Part shown: in pieces, positions 1 to 10,358 of the stretch | How the letters are laid out: the number at the start of each line of letters is the position of its first letter | How positions within the stretch are numbered: the stretch's first letter is position 1 | From: a virus | Lineage: Duplodnaviria > Caudoviricetes | IMG/VR virus record: IMGVR_UViG_3300031260_000038 | Coordinates: 1 to 64,000 of that record | Strand: one strand, 5' to 3' | DNA: 64,000 nt | The notes under the pieces: model-generated | Told to the model about the DNA's origin: nothing | Database searches by the model: none | Seen by the model: the letters and a program-made list of their open reading frames with translations, nothing else | Made by a program: the position numbers and the translations under genes

Positions 1-2
1 CA

Positions 3-704
3 AAGTATGAAGATATAATATCATGGCTCGGAACTATTGAAAATCCTGCTACATCTAACAGAAAACTTATGACTCTCAAATCTTTCTATGGTTGGACAAC
101 TGATAATGCTAGACTTACAAATATTAATATTGCAAAAAATATCAGTTCCGTGAAATATAGGCAGGAAGAAAGAGATTATGTTGAAAGAAATGAATATACA
201 GAAATAAGAAAATCTCTTATGAATAGAAATTATAAATATGCTAATAGAGATATTCTTATTATTGACTTGCTTTTTAATTGTGGTTTGCGTGTAGCTGAGT
301 TAGTTTCACTTAATGTTTCCGATTTTAATATGGAAGATAAATCTTTTTATGTTATCGGTAAGGGTAATAAAAAAAGAATAGCTTTTATGAATGATAATGT
401 TTTTAATAGTCTTATCAAGTGGTTAGAAGATAGAGCAGGATTAGTGTCTAATAACACAGATGCTTTGTTGCCAACTAAGACGAGCGATAGAATGAGTGTT
501 CGTGCAGTGCAGAAATTTGTTAATAAATATGCTGACACTCACCCACATGCCTTTAGACATGGCTTAGCTAGTCTTATGATAAACGAGCGCAATGTATCAT
601 TGCCTATAGTAGCTAAGACATTAGGACATTCTAGCACAAAGGTTACAGAAAGATATGTACATGTTAATAATGATGCTATGCGTAATGCCGCTAATATGAT
701 ATAG
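3..704 (+). CDS. XerC/D-like tyrosine recombinase (5' end runs off the window)
   Basis: Frame is open from base 3. Catalytic motifs CGLRVAEL (R), GKGNK (K), HAFRH (H-x-x-R), LGHSS (H), TERY (Y). Confidence 0.9.
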   Translation, partial: KYEDIISWLGTIENPATSNRKLMTLKSFYGWTTDNARLTNINIAKNISSVKYRQEERDYVERNEYTEIRKSLMNRNYKYANRDILIIDLLFNCGLRVAELVSLNVSDFNMEDKSFYVIGKGNKKRIAFMNDNVFNSLIKWLEDRAGLVSNNTDALLPTKTSDRMSVRAVQKFVNKYADTHPHAFRHGLASLMINERNVSLPIVAKTLGHSSTKVTERYVHVNNDAMRNAANMI

Positions 705-731
705 CTTTCGCTAAATAAGGAGATAATAATA

Positions 732-977
732 GTGATATACGAAAATATGTATAATGTTTCAGATAAAGATATGTATAGTGTCAGTGAATTAACTATTTAT
801 CCTGACTGTTCTAATATTAGTAGAAAAACGGTTGAAGACATTAAATATATACATAATAATTTTGGTAAAATAAAAGAACTAAGAATAGGCGAAGAAATTG
901 AAATTAGAGGAAGCTTTGTGGCTAGTAACGTTCAGCTATTAAAAACAACCGTTGTAAAAATAAGGAGAATATCGTAA
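732..977 (+). CDS. hypothetical protein
   Basis: RBS (AAGGAG) before a GTG start; stop overlaps the next start. Confidence 0.55.
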   Translation: MIYENMYNVSDKDMYSVSELTIYPDCSNISRKTVEDIKYIHNNFGKIKELRIGEEIEIRGSFVASNVQLLKTTVVKIRRIS

Positions 978-1363
978 TGAAGCACAAATATTTAGAAGAA
1001 ATTGGATTTGACCCGCTATATGAAACAAAGCATGATAAGCTTAATAAAAAATGGGCTAAAGAGCGGAAAAAATACGGTTTTGACAGCCGTGAAACATGGA
1101 ATATGGATATAACATTTCTTGCATGGCTGTATGAACACTTGCGAATGTATCAAGATGTTAATATTGTTGATTTGACATTTAATAAATTTGACTATAATGG
1201 TGAAATTATTAATCTTGAAGATGCTATTAATAAAATTTTAGAAAACATTAAACTTGTTTTTAAAGATGAAACATCTTATTTTATTGGAGATGAAAAGATA
1301 ATAACGGCTGAAAATGAAATAATGGATTTGTTTCATATGATATGGAAATATTTGTGGTGGTGA
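977..1363 (+). CDS. hypothetical phage protein
   Basis: 128-aa ORF translationally coupled (TAATG). Confidence 0.65.
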   Translation: MKHKYLEEIGFDPLYETKHDKLNKKWAKERKKYGFDSRETWNMDITFLAWLYEHLRMYQDVNIVDLTFNKFDYNGEIINLEDAINKILENIKLVFKDETSYFIGDEKIITAENEIMDLFHMIWKYLWW

Positions 1364-1367
1364 TGCA

Positions 1368-1763
1368 TTGAGTATAGCTATTATAGTAAGTGGTAGTAGG
1401 AATAATGATAATCAAGAATTGTTTAATTTTTGGATTGATAAATTAACAGAAAAATTAGACAAAAATGATGTTACTTTCATACATGGTGCGGCTAAAGGTA
1501 TAGATACATGTTGTCATAATTATTGTAAAGAGTACAAATATAAAGTAGAGTCGTTCCCTGCTAAATGGGCTATATACGGAAAACAGGCAGGTTCTATACG
1601 CAATAAAGACATGTTGATACATGCTCTTGCTAATTTTGACCATGTTTTATTAATATCTTTTCCTGATAAAGACTCAATAGGCACGAGACATATGATTAAA
1701 ATATGTAAAAAAGAAAATATACAGACAAGAGTAATAGAAAGAGAAATGGGCAAAAGATGGTAG
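1368..1763 (+). CDS. SLOG/YspA-like (DUF2493-type) protein
   Basis: IVSGSR, IHGAAKGID, W..YGKQAG..RN..M motifs. Confidence 0.75.
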   Translation: MSIAIIVSGSRNNDNQELFNFWIDKLTEKLDKNDVTFIHGAAKGIDTCCHNYCKEYKYKVESFPAKWAIYGKQAGSIRNKDMLIHALANFDHVLLISFPDKDSIGTRHMIKICKKENIQTRVIEREMGKRW

Positions 1764-1800
1764 ATGTCTCTAATAGTATATATTATTCGTGACAAATTGC

Positions 1801-1829
1801 TTGACATTTTTCAAAAAGTATGATATAAT
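1801..1829 (+). promoter_or_regulatory. consensus sigmaA/sigma70 promoter
   Basis: TTGACA-17 nt-TATAAT with TG extension, upstream of the replication operon. Confidence 0.85.
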
Positions 1830-1896
1830 GGTGATTAACAACAATTTAAAAGTTGTTTATATATAAAAACAAAAAAGCTAACGCAAAAAAGGAGAA

Positions 1897-2919
1897 ATGC
1901 AAATGGGATTAGTTGGAAAAGCAAAAAAGGAAGGTGTAAGTGTAAAGGTATCGTTGTCTGGAACAGCGGGTTCTGGCAAGACATATTCTGCACTTAGACT
2001 AGGAACAGGTATGATTCAGGAAATAGAAAGGAGAACAGGTAAAAAGAAGCGTATTCTTGTAATTGATACTGAGAACCTTAGATGTAATTATTATGCTAAT
2101 GAATTTGATTTTGATGTAATCAGTCTAAAAGAGCGCAAGTATGGTGATGATGATTATAAAGATGCAAAAGAGTTTTTGCCAAAGGTAGATGACCCTTATG
2201 CACCTGAAAATTTTAATGCATGTGTTAAATATGCTGTTGAAAATGATTATGGTGTTGTTGTTATTGACCAAGCATCTAGTGAGTGGCGTTCAATTCTTGA
2301 TGCAAAAAACAAGATGTCTGGTACAAATGAATATGTTAAATGGGGCATTTTGACACCACGGCATGATGCATTTATTTACAACATTCTTTACAGCCCTATT
2401 CATATAATTGTAAATCTTAGGTCAAAAGAAGACTATGCAATTGAAGAAGAAAACGGTAAAAGAACAGTTAAGAAGCTAGGTCTTGGAGAAATTACAAGAG
2501 ATGGTTTCAGCTATGAAATGACACTTGCTTTTGCATTGGATAACAAAACACATTTAGCAGAAGCAACAAAAGATAATACACATATGTTTGACGGAAACAA
2601 TGTTTTGCTTTCTGAAGAACATGGAGCTAAACTTATTGATTGGGCTAATTCCGATGGCGAAATTACAGCAGAACAAAAGGCTAAGTATAATAAAGATGTT
2701 GAAGAACTTGCCAAGGCTAGTATGGCTGATGAAAGTCCGTCTGACATTATTAGAGACGTATCTAATAAGATGAAGGCTATTAAGTCAGTATTGACAAAAG
2801 AACTAATTGACGAAATTAAGAGTGTAGCGCCAGAAGGAAATCCTAATAAGATTAAAACTCTTGAAGAAGCGGAAACATTTAGAAACAAGTTTAGCGAAGT
2901 CGCAAGCAGACTTTCATAA
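1897..2919 (+). CDS. AAA_24 / Sak4-like ssDNA-annealing ATPase
   Basis: Walker A GTAGSGKT, Walker B-like VVVIDQ, ITRDGFSYEM; directly upstream of ssb. Confidence 0.75.
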   Translation: MQMGLVGKAKKEGVSVKVSLSGTAGSGKTYSALRLGTGMIQEIERRTGKKKRILVIDTENLRCNYYANEFDFDVISLKERKYGDDDYKDAKEFLPKVDDPYAPENFNACVKYAVENDYGVVVIDQASSEWRSILDAKNKMSGTNEYVKWGILTPRHDAFIYNILYSPIHIIVNLRSKEDYAIEEENGKRTVKKLGLGEITRDGFSYEMTLAFALDNKTHLAEATKDNTHMFDGNNVLLSEEHGAKLIDWANSDGEITAEQKAKYNKDVEELAKASMADESPSDIIRDVSNKMKAIKSVLTKELIDEIKSVAPEGNPNKIKTLEEAETFRNKFSEVASRLS

Positions 2920-2943
2920 ATAAAAAGGAGAAATAGATAATAT

Positions 2944-3354
2944 ATGAACAAAGTGATTCTTTATGGTAATTTAGTTAGAGATATTGAGGTCAAGGATATT
3001 TCAGATAATTTGAAGCTTGGTCGTTCAGCAATTGCTGTTAGACGAAACTTCAAGAATAGAGAAGGTGGTTATGATTCTGACTTTATTCAGCTTACATTTG
3101 GTGGCAGAACAGTTGATTTTGCTAGTAAGTATTTTAAGAAGGGTTCTCCATGTATCATAACAGGTTGGATTAGAACAGGTAGCTATGATAAAGATGGTGT
3201 CAAGGTATACACCACGGAAGTATCAGTAGATGAAATTTACTTTACAAGTGGTGGCAAGGACAATAACGCTCCAGCTAAGAAGTATGATGATGTTCCTGAT
3301 GATTTCCCTGCACCAGATGATGATACCACAGGGTCATTGCCTTTCGATTTGTGA
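2944..3354 (+). CDS. ssb: single-stranded DNA-binding protein
   Basis: MNKVILYGNLVRD OB-fold start, TEVSVDEIYF, acidic tail ending LPFDL. Confidence 0.93.
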   Translation: MNKVILYGNLVRDIEVKDISDNLKLGRSAIAVRRNFKNREGGYDSDFIQLTFGGRTVDFASKYFKKGSPCIITGWIRTGSYDKDGVKVYTTEVSVDEIYFTSGGKDNNAPAKKYDDVPDDFPAPDDDTTGSLPFDL

Positions 3355-3378
3355 GTTTAAAAAATAATTTTTAATTTT

Positions 3379-3414
3379 AGTGTAGGGTAGTGAAATATCT
3401 GCCCTACACTATTT
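3379..3414 (+). terminator. probable intrinsic terminator hairpin
   Basis: AGTGTAGGG...CCCTACACT stem after ssb; weak U-tract. Confidence 0.55.
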
Positions 3415-3439
3415 AACAAAAAAAGAAAGGGGAATTATA

Positions 3440-4039
3440 ATGGCTGTAATGGTTTTTAAGCATGAAGCATTATCACCTAAGGCTGACAAGGTTATCGAAA
3501 AGTTTGGAACAGAAGGGTACTATGTTTGGTATAGGGTATATGAATTTATTACCTTTCACAAAAATTCACCAATAATGTTTTCTGACCCTAGCTGTGAAAT
3601 ATATAATTATCTTAAACCAGTATCGTATGAAAAGGCAAAAGAAATAATTGCATTTATGCAAGATAATTATAATATTTTTAATAGAGCACAATATCATGTT
3701 GGCTTTTTAATTATAAATGATTTAGCACCTAGAAAAACAAATAAACTAAAAACAGAAAATGAGATAACAGCGGGGAAAAAGCAAGTAGCTGATTATGTAT
3801 ATTTAAAGCAGTCTGAAATAAACAGTTTTGTTTCAGAGTATGGAGAGCCGTTTCTTAAAAGATGTATTGAAATATTAAATTTCTATAAGGAAAACAATGG
3901 TGGTGTAGCCCGCTATGTTAATGATGCTAGTGCTATTCGTGCTTGGGTTATAGGTAGGGTAAAAAAAGAAGTTGCTGAAGCTAATAGATTTAATACACCA
4001 AAACAGACCAATAGAAAGAGTGCTGATGAATTTAGATAA
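3440..4039 (+). CDS. putative replication initiator / helicase-loader-associated protein
   Basis: Lies between ssb and the helicase; G.EGY.VWY N-terminus resembles phage replisome-organiser proteins (positional inference). Confidence 0.4.
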   Translation: MAVMVFKHEALSPKADKVIEKFGTEGYYVWYRVYEFITFHKNSPIMFSDPSCEIYNYLKPVSYEKAKEIIAFMQDNYNIFNRAQYHVGFLIINDLAPRKTNKLKTENEITAGKKQVADYVYLKQSEINSFVSEYGEPFLKRCIEILNFYKENNGGVARYVNDASAIRAWVIGRVKKEVAEANRFNTPKQTNRKSADEFR

Positions 4040-4059
4040 GACAGGAGAGCTAACAGACT

Positions 4060-5508
4060 ATGTATGAATATGCACTTACGGCGGCTAATTATGAATATGG
4101 TCTGATACATCTTCTTCTTAATGGCTCTAAAGAAAAAGAGACTATATTCAAAATGCTAACAAGAGAACATTTTATTGAAGATAAGGCAGGAGCTATTTTT
4201 GATGCTATGAAAGAGCTTTATAATAGTGAAGTGCCTATAGATATAAATACAGTTAGCGACAAAATGCAAAAAGAGCTTTTTAAATATAAAGAATTTCTTA
4301 CTACTAATATTACAATTTTTCTGTCTAAAATAGCTACTGATGGATTGGCGTTGTTTGGCAACGAATTGCATTATGCTCAAATAATAGAAGAAAATTATGT
4401 TAGACGTAAGTTTATAATTGCTACAGAAGAAATACAAAAGCTAACAAAAGAAAAAAGCACAGAAAGTTTAATAGACCTTAAAAATGAAGCTGTTAAATTA
4501 TTGTCTGATATTAAAATATCAAGCGAAAAAGGTATTGGCGAATCTATATATGATGTTGTAGACGAATATGTAGAAGACTTGCTGAGAAGGCGTGAAGAGA
4601 CCGATGCTGAAGCTGAACGTTTATATACAGGATTTAGAGATTTTGACAAGATAATGGCAGGGCTTCACAAGCAGGAGCTTACTATTATCGGCGCTAGGCC
4701 CGCTGTTGGTAAAACTCAATTTGCTATGGCTCTTGCTAAAAGGCTTGCTAGACGAAATAATAACATATTGTTTTTTAGCAGGGAAATGGGTAATATGCAA
4801 CTTGCCAATAGATTTGTTAGTAATATGACAGAAATAGAAGGTAGTAGACTAAGGAGGCCTAAAGAGCTTTCTGAAACAGAAATAGAACGAATTAAAAATG
4901 CTCATAAAGAGTTTAAAGAAACAAAAAATATGAGCATTACATTTAATACTACTGCTACTACTGTACAGGAAATACGCTCTGTGGTTCGTGAGATGTACCT
5001 ACAGAAGACCGTAGACGTAGTAATGATAGATTACCTTGGACTACTTCAAAGCTCTCACAGGCATGGTGACAGGCGTACAGAGCTAGAGTATATTAGTAGA
5101 CAATTAAAGCTAATGTCTTTAGAGTATGATTTGCCAATAGTGTGCTTGTCACAGCTTAGCAGAAACAGTCAGCGTGAAAATAGAGAACCAGAGCTGTATG
5201 ACCTTAGAGATACAGGGGCAATAGAACAAGATGCTGATAATGTTTTATTTTTGCATATACCAGAATGGGTAGATGTTGCAAATGATGAAAGGTTTGCTAT
5301 TAAACTTATTGTTGCTAAACAGCGTGGGGGTAATCAAGCAGACATTTGGTTATTAAACGAAAGAAATAAAATGAACATTGATGATTTGCCTCTTGATGAA
5401 CTTGAAGAAATAAAAAGGAAAAATGCTGAATATAAAACAGGAACAAGCAACTTCCCACAAAATGGTGGCAGTAGTGTTTTATTATCGGCAAATGGAGTGA
5501 TGTTGTGA
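4060..5508 (+). CDS. dnaB: replicative DNA helicase
   Basis: GARPAVGKT Walker A, FSREM, MIDYLGL, LSQLSR, DLRDTGAIEQDADNV, KQRGG. Confidence 0.95.
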   Translation: MYEYALTAANYEYGLIHLLLNGSKEKETIFKMLTREHFIEDKAGAIFDAMKELYNSEVPIDINTVSDKMQKELFKYKEFLTTNITIFLSKIATDGLALFGNELHYAQIIEENYVRRKFIIATEEIQKLTKEKSTESLIDLKNEAVKLLSDIKISSEKGIGESIYDVVDEYVEDLLRRREETDAEAERLYTGFRDFDKIMAGLHKQELTIIGARPAVGKTQFAMALAKRLARRNNNILFFSREMGNMQLANRFVSNMTEIEGSRLRRPKELSETEIERIKNAHKEFKETKNMSITFNTTATTVQEIRSVVREMYLQKTVDVVMIDYLGLLQSSHRHGDRRTELEYISRQLKLMSLEYDLPIVCLSQLSRNSQRENREPELYDLRDTGAIEQDADNVLFLHIPEWVDVANDERFAIKLIVAKQRGGNQADIWLLNERNKMNIDDLPLDELEEIKRKNAEYKTGTSNFPQNGGSSVLLSANGVML

Positions 5509-6473
5509 AAGTAAATATAGATAATACTACATGGAGCTTTAGCAAACTTAACACATATAGAAATTGCCCTTATTCTTGGTATGATATATATGTTAATAAG
5601 GCTGAACGACTTCAAAACGCATTTTCTCAGTATGGAATATTGGTTCATGAACTTTTAGAGAAATATGCTTTAGGTAAACATGACGATAAAAATGAGTATT
5701 TTTCTACTTGGGAATTGGGGCTAATGCTTGATGACTTATATGATGAATATGTTACAGAAAAATTTCCTTATAATAAATATAAAGATTTATCTGTGAGTTA
5801 TCGTGAACAAGCTAATAGTTTTTTTGAAAATATTGAAGAAAATGAAGTTGTGGCAGGAATAGAATCTGAAAAGTATGAAATATTAGGTGTAGAACATTCG
5901 TTCACTTTCCCAATAAAAGATAATAGCAGTGATAGAATTTGGGATTGTCGTGGCTTTATAGATTTGGTTTTAAGAGATAAAGAAGATAATAAAATTATTA
6001 TTGTTGACCATAAATCAAAATCTATTAAAACTAACAAAAAGGGAGAACCTAATAAAAAAGATATAGAAGACGCTTATAGGCAAATGTCTATGTATGCTAT
6101 TCCTATTAAGGAAAAGTATGGTGAATATCCTAAAGAGATATGGATAAATGCTTTTAAAATACAGACAGTATTTAAGCGTGAGTTTTTAGAAGAATATGCA
6201 GAAGAAGCATTATCTTGGGCTTTAGAAATAATTCATGAAATAGAAAATGACAAAGAGTTCTTTAAAACACCTGATAGTTTTTTCTGTACACAACTATGTT
6301 CTTGCAGGGAAACTTGTGGTAGGTTTATAATATTTGATAAAAATTATAATTTTTTTGAAAATCAATCTAAGAGTATGAAAGAAAAAATAGAAATAGATAA
6401 ATCATTGGGGATTGATGTTAAAGATGAAGCAGAACCTTTTGATTTCGATGATGATGATGAATTTAATGTATAA
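5505..6473 (+). CDS. PD-(D/E)XK (Cas4/RecB-like) exonuclease with Fe-S cysteines
   Basis: SFSKL..Y..CP, RGFIDLV, VDHKS, QMSMYA, C-terminal C...C.C...C. Confidence 0.85.
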   Translation: MKVNIDNTTWSFSKLNTYRNCPYSWYDIYVNKAERLQNAFSQYGILVHELLEKYALGKHDDKNEYFSTWELGLMLDDLYDEYVTEKFPYNKYKDLSVSYREQANSFFENIEENEVVAGIESEKYEILGVEHSFTFPIKDNSSDRIWDCRGFIDLVLRDKEDNKIIIVDHKSKSIKTNKKGEPNKKDIEDAYRQMSMYAIPIKEKYGEYPKEIWINAFKIQTVFKREFLEEYAEEALSWALEIIHEIENDKEFFKTPDSFFCTQLCSCRETCGRFIIFDKNYNFFENQSKSMKEKIEIDKSLGIDVKDEAEPFDFDDDDEFNV

Positions 6474-6503
6474 GAGAAGATAGTAAAATATCTTCTCTTT
6501 TTT
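6472..6503 (+). terminator. intrinsic terminator
   Basis: AAGAGAAGATA-gtaaaa-TATCTTCTCTT followed by a T-run. Confidence 0.8.
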
Positions 6504-6504
6504 A

Positions 6505-6533
6505 TTGACAAAATTACAAATGTATGTTATAAT
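6505..6533 (+). promoter_or_regulatory. consensus sigmaA promoter
   Basis: TTGACA-17-TATAAT with TG extension. Confidence 0.85.
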
Positions 6534-6572
6534 GTAATTAATAAAAATAGCTGAAGATAAGGAGAATAACAT

Positions 6573-6968
6573 ATGCGATTATGGCATCAAGCACTAATAC
6601 CATTATTACCAAGACAACAACTGCTAGGTCAGCATAGAGAATGTGCGGCGCTACGTGGTAATGGTTGGGGCAAGAAACACTCTACAGTTAATTATGTATT
6701 TGAGCATCATTGGTATAAGTTGTATATATATCATGTACTTGTTATGATAGAGATGGGTATGCGTGGCTACAATGTACAAGAGGAATGGCTTGATTACCGC
6801 TATCGTGGGGCTAAATGTGAGCCAAGAGAAGAATTATCTCAAGAAGAAAAAGAACAGTTTTTTACTGATTTGCATATATATAAAGAACATGATAAAGATT
6901 ATCTCATAGAATGTTTAGATAATCTAAAAGAGAAAGGAATTAATTTATATGAAAAATTTAAAATTTGA
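6573..6968 (+). CDS. pyrimidine-dimer DNA glycosylase / TIGR02328-family protein
   Basis: MRLWH..LIP.LPRQQLLGQHREC.ALRG.GWGKKHSTVNYVF signature. Confidence 0.85.
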   Translation: MRLWHQALIPLLPRQQLLGQHRECAALRGNGWGKKHSTVNYVFEHHWYKLYIYHVLVMIEMGMRGYNVQEEWLDYRYRGAKCEPREELSQEEKEQFFTDLHIYKEHDKDYLIECLDNLKEKGINLYEKFKI

Positions 6969-7224
6969 TTTTGTAAAACTGCTTGCCACTATACACAACA
7001 TATCTGTAAAATTTCTTTTTGCAAGCTTGATAATCTTAACATCTGTTGTTATAAATTCTTTTAGCGGCTATATGATAGATTATTTTTCTAACTTACCTGA
7101 TGGTGGCAGTATTTTTGTTTTTATTTTTCAAACAACAATTGTTTATCTATATGCAAAATTTGTTTTATTTCCGTTACCAAAGTTACTTGATAAATATTTA
7201 AAGTGGTTTAAGGAGAATGTCTAA
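6949..7224 (+). CDS. small membrane protein
   Basis: Two hydrophobic segments. Confidence 0.55.
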   Translation: MKNLKFDFVKLLATIHNISVKFLFASLIILTSVVINSFSGYMIDYFSNLPDGGSIFVFIFQTTIVYLYAKFVLFPLPKLLDKYLKWFKENV

Positions 7225-8315
7225 TGTCACTAATACTTAATTTTATAAATAACAATGAAAATTGGCGAGAGTTATTGTCTTCAGAGCCATACAATCTTAA
7301 AATTAAAGAAGAAGATGGTTATGCTTTGTTCAGCTATGATATGCTTAAAACAGATTTTAGTTACCAGCTATGTCTTGAAGCTAAAGGAACTATTATAGAT
7401 TTAATAGAAAACAGAGTTGCGTGTCGTTCATTTAACAAATTTTTTAATCTTGGAGAAACTTATGCGGCAGAAATAGATTGGAATAACTTTGTTGCTAGAG
7501 AAAAAATAGATGGTAGTCTTATAAGAATATGGAGAGATAGAGAAAAAAATATTAGAATATCAACTAGCGGCACTATAAACGCTTTTACAGCATATGCTGA
7601 TGAAGATAACACTTTTGGTGATATTGTAAATAATATTCTTAAAGAAAAAGACTTTGATTTTAATGAAATTTGGAGTTTGGTTACAACTGTATTTGAGCTT
7701 GTGTCTCCACATAACAGGGTTGTTGTGGATTATAGCGGTAAATATGATTTGTATTATTTAGGTTCTTTTTCTAATAAGAGCGGATATTTTTTTAGTTCAA
7801 GCATGGAAAGATTTCAGAAAGAATATTTTCCAGTGCCGCAAGAATTTAAGTTTTTGTCAAGAGAAGATGTTTTGACCGCTGTTAAAAATATAGAAGAACT
7901 AAAAGAAGGTTTTGTTGTTGTTGATAAAAATAATAATATGGTTAAAATTAAAACAGAACAATATGTTCAGGCACATAAAATACGTGGTAGAGGCAATCTT
8001 ACAACTGTTTCCATTTTGGAAATGATTCAAGCTGACATTATAGATGATTTTATAGGAATTTATCCCGAACAGAAGAACAAAATACAAGATGTTGTTAATA
8101 GGCTAAACAATCTTATTGATAATATAGTGGCAGAATTATCGGCACTAAATACGGCTGTTGACAGAAAAACTTTTGCTATGAATCTTAACAAAAAATACCC
8201 AGTTTTTACACTAGGATTTATGTATTATGACAACAAGTTCGCTATTGAAAACGCCGCTGATTTCTGTTATAATTGGCTTATAGCAAAACCAAAGAAACTA
8301 AAGGAGATATTGTAA
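7224..8315 (+). CDS. T4 Rnl1-like RNA ligase
   Basis: FNKFFN, motif I EKIDGS, FELVSPHNRVV, EGFVV, KIK. Confidence 0.88.
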   Translation: MSLILNFINNNENWRELLSSEPYNLKIKEEDGYALFSYDMLKTDFSYQLCLEAKGTIIDLIENRVACRSFNKFFNLGETYAAEIDWNNFVAREKIDGSLIRIWRDREKNIRISTSGTINAFTAYADEDNTFGDIVNNILKEKDFDFNEIWSLVTTVFELVSPHNRVVVDYSGKYDLYYLGSFSNKSGYFFSSSMERFQKEYFPVPQEFKFLSREDVLTAVKNIEELKEGFVVVDKNNNMVKIKTEQYVQAHKIRGRGNLTTVSILEMIQADIIDDFIGIYPEQKNKIQDVVNRLNNLIDNIVAELSALNTAVDRKTFAMNLNKKYPVFTLGFMYYDNKFAIENAADFCYNWLIAKPKKLKEIL

Positions 8316-8316
8316 A

Positions 8317-9282
8317 ATGATGGAGTTAATAATGTTATGTGGCATACCCGCAAGTGGTAAATCTACTTGGGCTATACAATATAGAGAAGTATATCATAAT
8401 ACACATATTATATCAAGTGATGCCATTAGAGAAGAATTATTTGGTGATATCTCTAATCAAGACAATAATGATTTAGTTTTTAGAGAAGTGTTTTTAAGAA
8501 TTAAAAATATTATTTTAAATGGAGGCTGTGATGACAAAATTATTTTTGATGCTACAAACATTTCCGCTAAAAGAAGAAGAAGTTTTATTAAACAAATAAA
8601 ATCAATAAAGAAAAATATTCCTGTATTAATTACAGCTAGAGTTTTTCTTACGCCGCTAGAAAAGTGTCTTGAGTATAACAATAGTAGAATAAGACAAGTT
8701 CCAGAAGATGTCATAAGAAGAATGTATTATAATTTTTCTGTGCCGACATATGACGAAGAATTTCATGATATATTTTATTTTGACTATGTTAATAATACTG
8801 GTGATGTTTTTGAAATAATCTATGATGGATTGGAAAATTATGATATTTTTTCTGCTAAGTTTGAAAAGGCATTTGGCGTTGATGTTAATATGCCACATGA
8901 CAATCCCCACCATAAAGAATCCATAGGAGAGCATATTTATAGTGTTATAAAGCAAATAGAAAAAAAGATGTATAATAATGATATAAATAAAAAACAGCTT
9001 TTATTTGCGGCACTACTTCATGATGTTGGAAAATATCAAACAAAGCAATATAAAGAAGAAAAGGCATATTGTGTTTTTTATAATCATGAAAATATTAGTT
9101 CACAGATTGCCGCCTGTTATATTCAAAATGATTTTGTTTTGCGGCTAGTGAAATATCATATGTTAGTGCATAATAATCCACAAAAAGCAAAAGAATATTT
9201 TTCATATAGAGAATGGAAGTTGGTAGAAATTTTTGCAAAAGCAGATAAACATAGAGATTATGAAAAGGAGAACATATTATGA
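8317..9282 (+). CDS. polynucleotide kinase fused to HD phosphoesterase
   Basis: P-loop GIPASGKST, FDATN; HD module PHDNPHH...LLHDVGK...HE..S...H. Confidence 0.85.
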   Translation: MMELIMLCGIPASGKSTWAIQYREVYHNTHIISSDAIREELFGDISNQDNNDLVFREVFLRIKNIILNGGCDDKIIFDATNISAKRRRSFIKQIKSIKKNIPVLITARVFLTPLEKCLEYNNSRIRQVPEDVIRRMYYNFSVPTYDEEFHDIFYFDYVNNTGDVFEIIYDGLENYDIFSAKFEKAFGVDVNMPHDNPHHKESIGEHIYSVIKQIEKKMYNNDINKKQLLFAALLHDVGKYQTKQYKEEKAYCVFYNHENISSQIAACYIQNDFVLRLVKYHMLVHNNPQKAKEYFSYREWKLVEIFAKADKHRDYEKENIL

Positions 9283-10358
9283 GAAAATTAGCAAGTGTAC
9301 AAAAAATAACAAAGATTAGACCAATTGAAGGCAGAGATAGAATAGATATGGCTACTGTTGCTAATTATGACACAGTGGTTAAAAAGGGTGATTTTAATGT
9401 TGGTGATTTGGTAGTATATGTAGAATGTGATTCTCTGCTACCAGAAAGACCAGAATTTGAATTTATGAGAGATAAGCATTTTAAAGTTAGAATTTGGAAA
9501 CTAAAGGGCGCATGGTCATATGGAATTACTTTCCCTCTAAGTATTTTGCCAGAGCGTGATGGCGGCTACAGCGAAGGTGATGATGTTACTAATATTCTTG
9601 GTATCACAAAATATGACAATGAAGATAATGATGATTTGGAAGTGGCAGTTAAAGCTAATAAAAATTTTGTTATAAAGTATCTTATGCGCTATAAGTGGTT
9701 TAGGAAAATGTTTATTACTAAAAAAACACCTACAAAGTTTCCTACACATATAGTTAGCCGTACAGACGAAACAAGAATACAATCTTGTTATAACACAGTA
9801 GAAAATAACGCTGAACAAGTGTGGATAGGAACAGAAAAGATTGATGGAAGTTCTATTACTTGTATTATGCAAAAGAAGCCGTTTGGCAAGCTTGACTTTT
9901 CGGTGTATAGTCGCAACTTGCTACAAGATAAAGATTCTCATTTTGTTAAGGGCGCTGTTCAAAACAATATTGAAGAAACAATGAAGATGATTTTCAAGAA
10001 ATATAATGCTGAGAAGAAGCTTGTTATTCAGGGTGAGATTATTGGCTCTAAAATTCAGGGGAATAAATATAAAGTGCCTGAGGGCAAGTTTGATATTTAT
10101 GTATTTAATCTTATTATTGATGGACAGCGTGTTAATTATGACATGATGAAATATATTATTTCTGACAATCTCAACCTTGTACCAGAAGTCTATCGTGGTA
10201 GATTAAACAAGTCTGTAGAAGAAATTGTAAGGTTGTCAGAAGGTAGGTCAAAGGTTAATCCAGATATTGAGCGTGAAGGTGTTGTTTTTAGGCTATTAGA
10301 AGATTACAGCACAAGCTTCAAGGCTATTAATCCTAAATTTATGGAAAGGTGGCGATAA
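9279..10358 (+). CDS. Rnl2-like (DRB0094-type) RNA ligase
   Basis: RKLASVQKI N-terminal domain, TDETRIQ, EKIDGSS, QGEIIG, EGVV, FKAIN. Confidence 0.85.
   Translation: MRKLASVQKITKIRPIEGRDRIDMATVANYDTVVKKGDFNVGDLVVYVECDSLLPERPEFEFMRDKHFKVRIWKLKGAWSYGITFPLSILPERDGGYSEGDDVTNILGITKYDNEDNDDLEVAVKANKNFVIKYLMRYKWFRKMFITKKTPTKFPTHIVSRTDETRIQSCYNTVENNAEQVWIGTEKIDGSSITCIMQKKPFGKLDFSVYSRNLLQDKDSHFVKGAVQNNIEETMKMIFKKYNAEKKLVIQGEIIGSKIQGNKYKVPEGKFDIYVFNLIIDGQRVNYDMMKYIISDNLNLVPEVYRGRLNKSVEEIVRLSEGRSKVNPDIEREGVVFRLLEDYSTSFKAINPKFMERWR

Noticed and set aside
5505-6473. Cas4-like nuclease as evidence of a CRISPR system
   Set aside because: No CRISPR array or other cas genes seen; the position after the helicase fits a standard phage recombination exonuclease.
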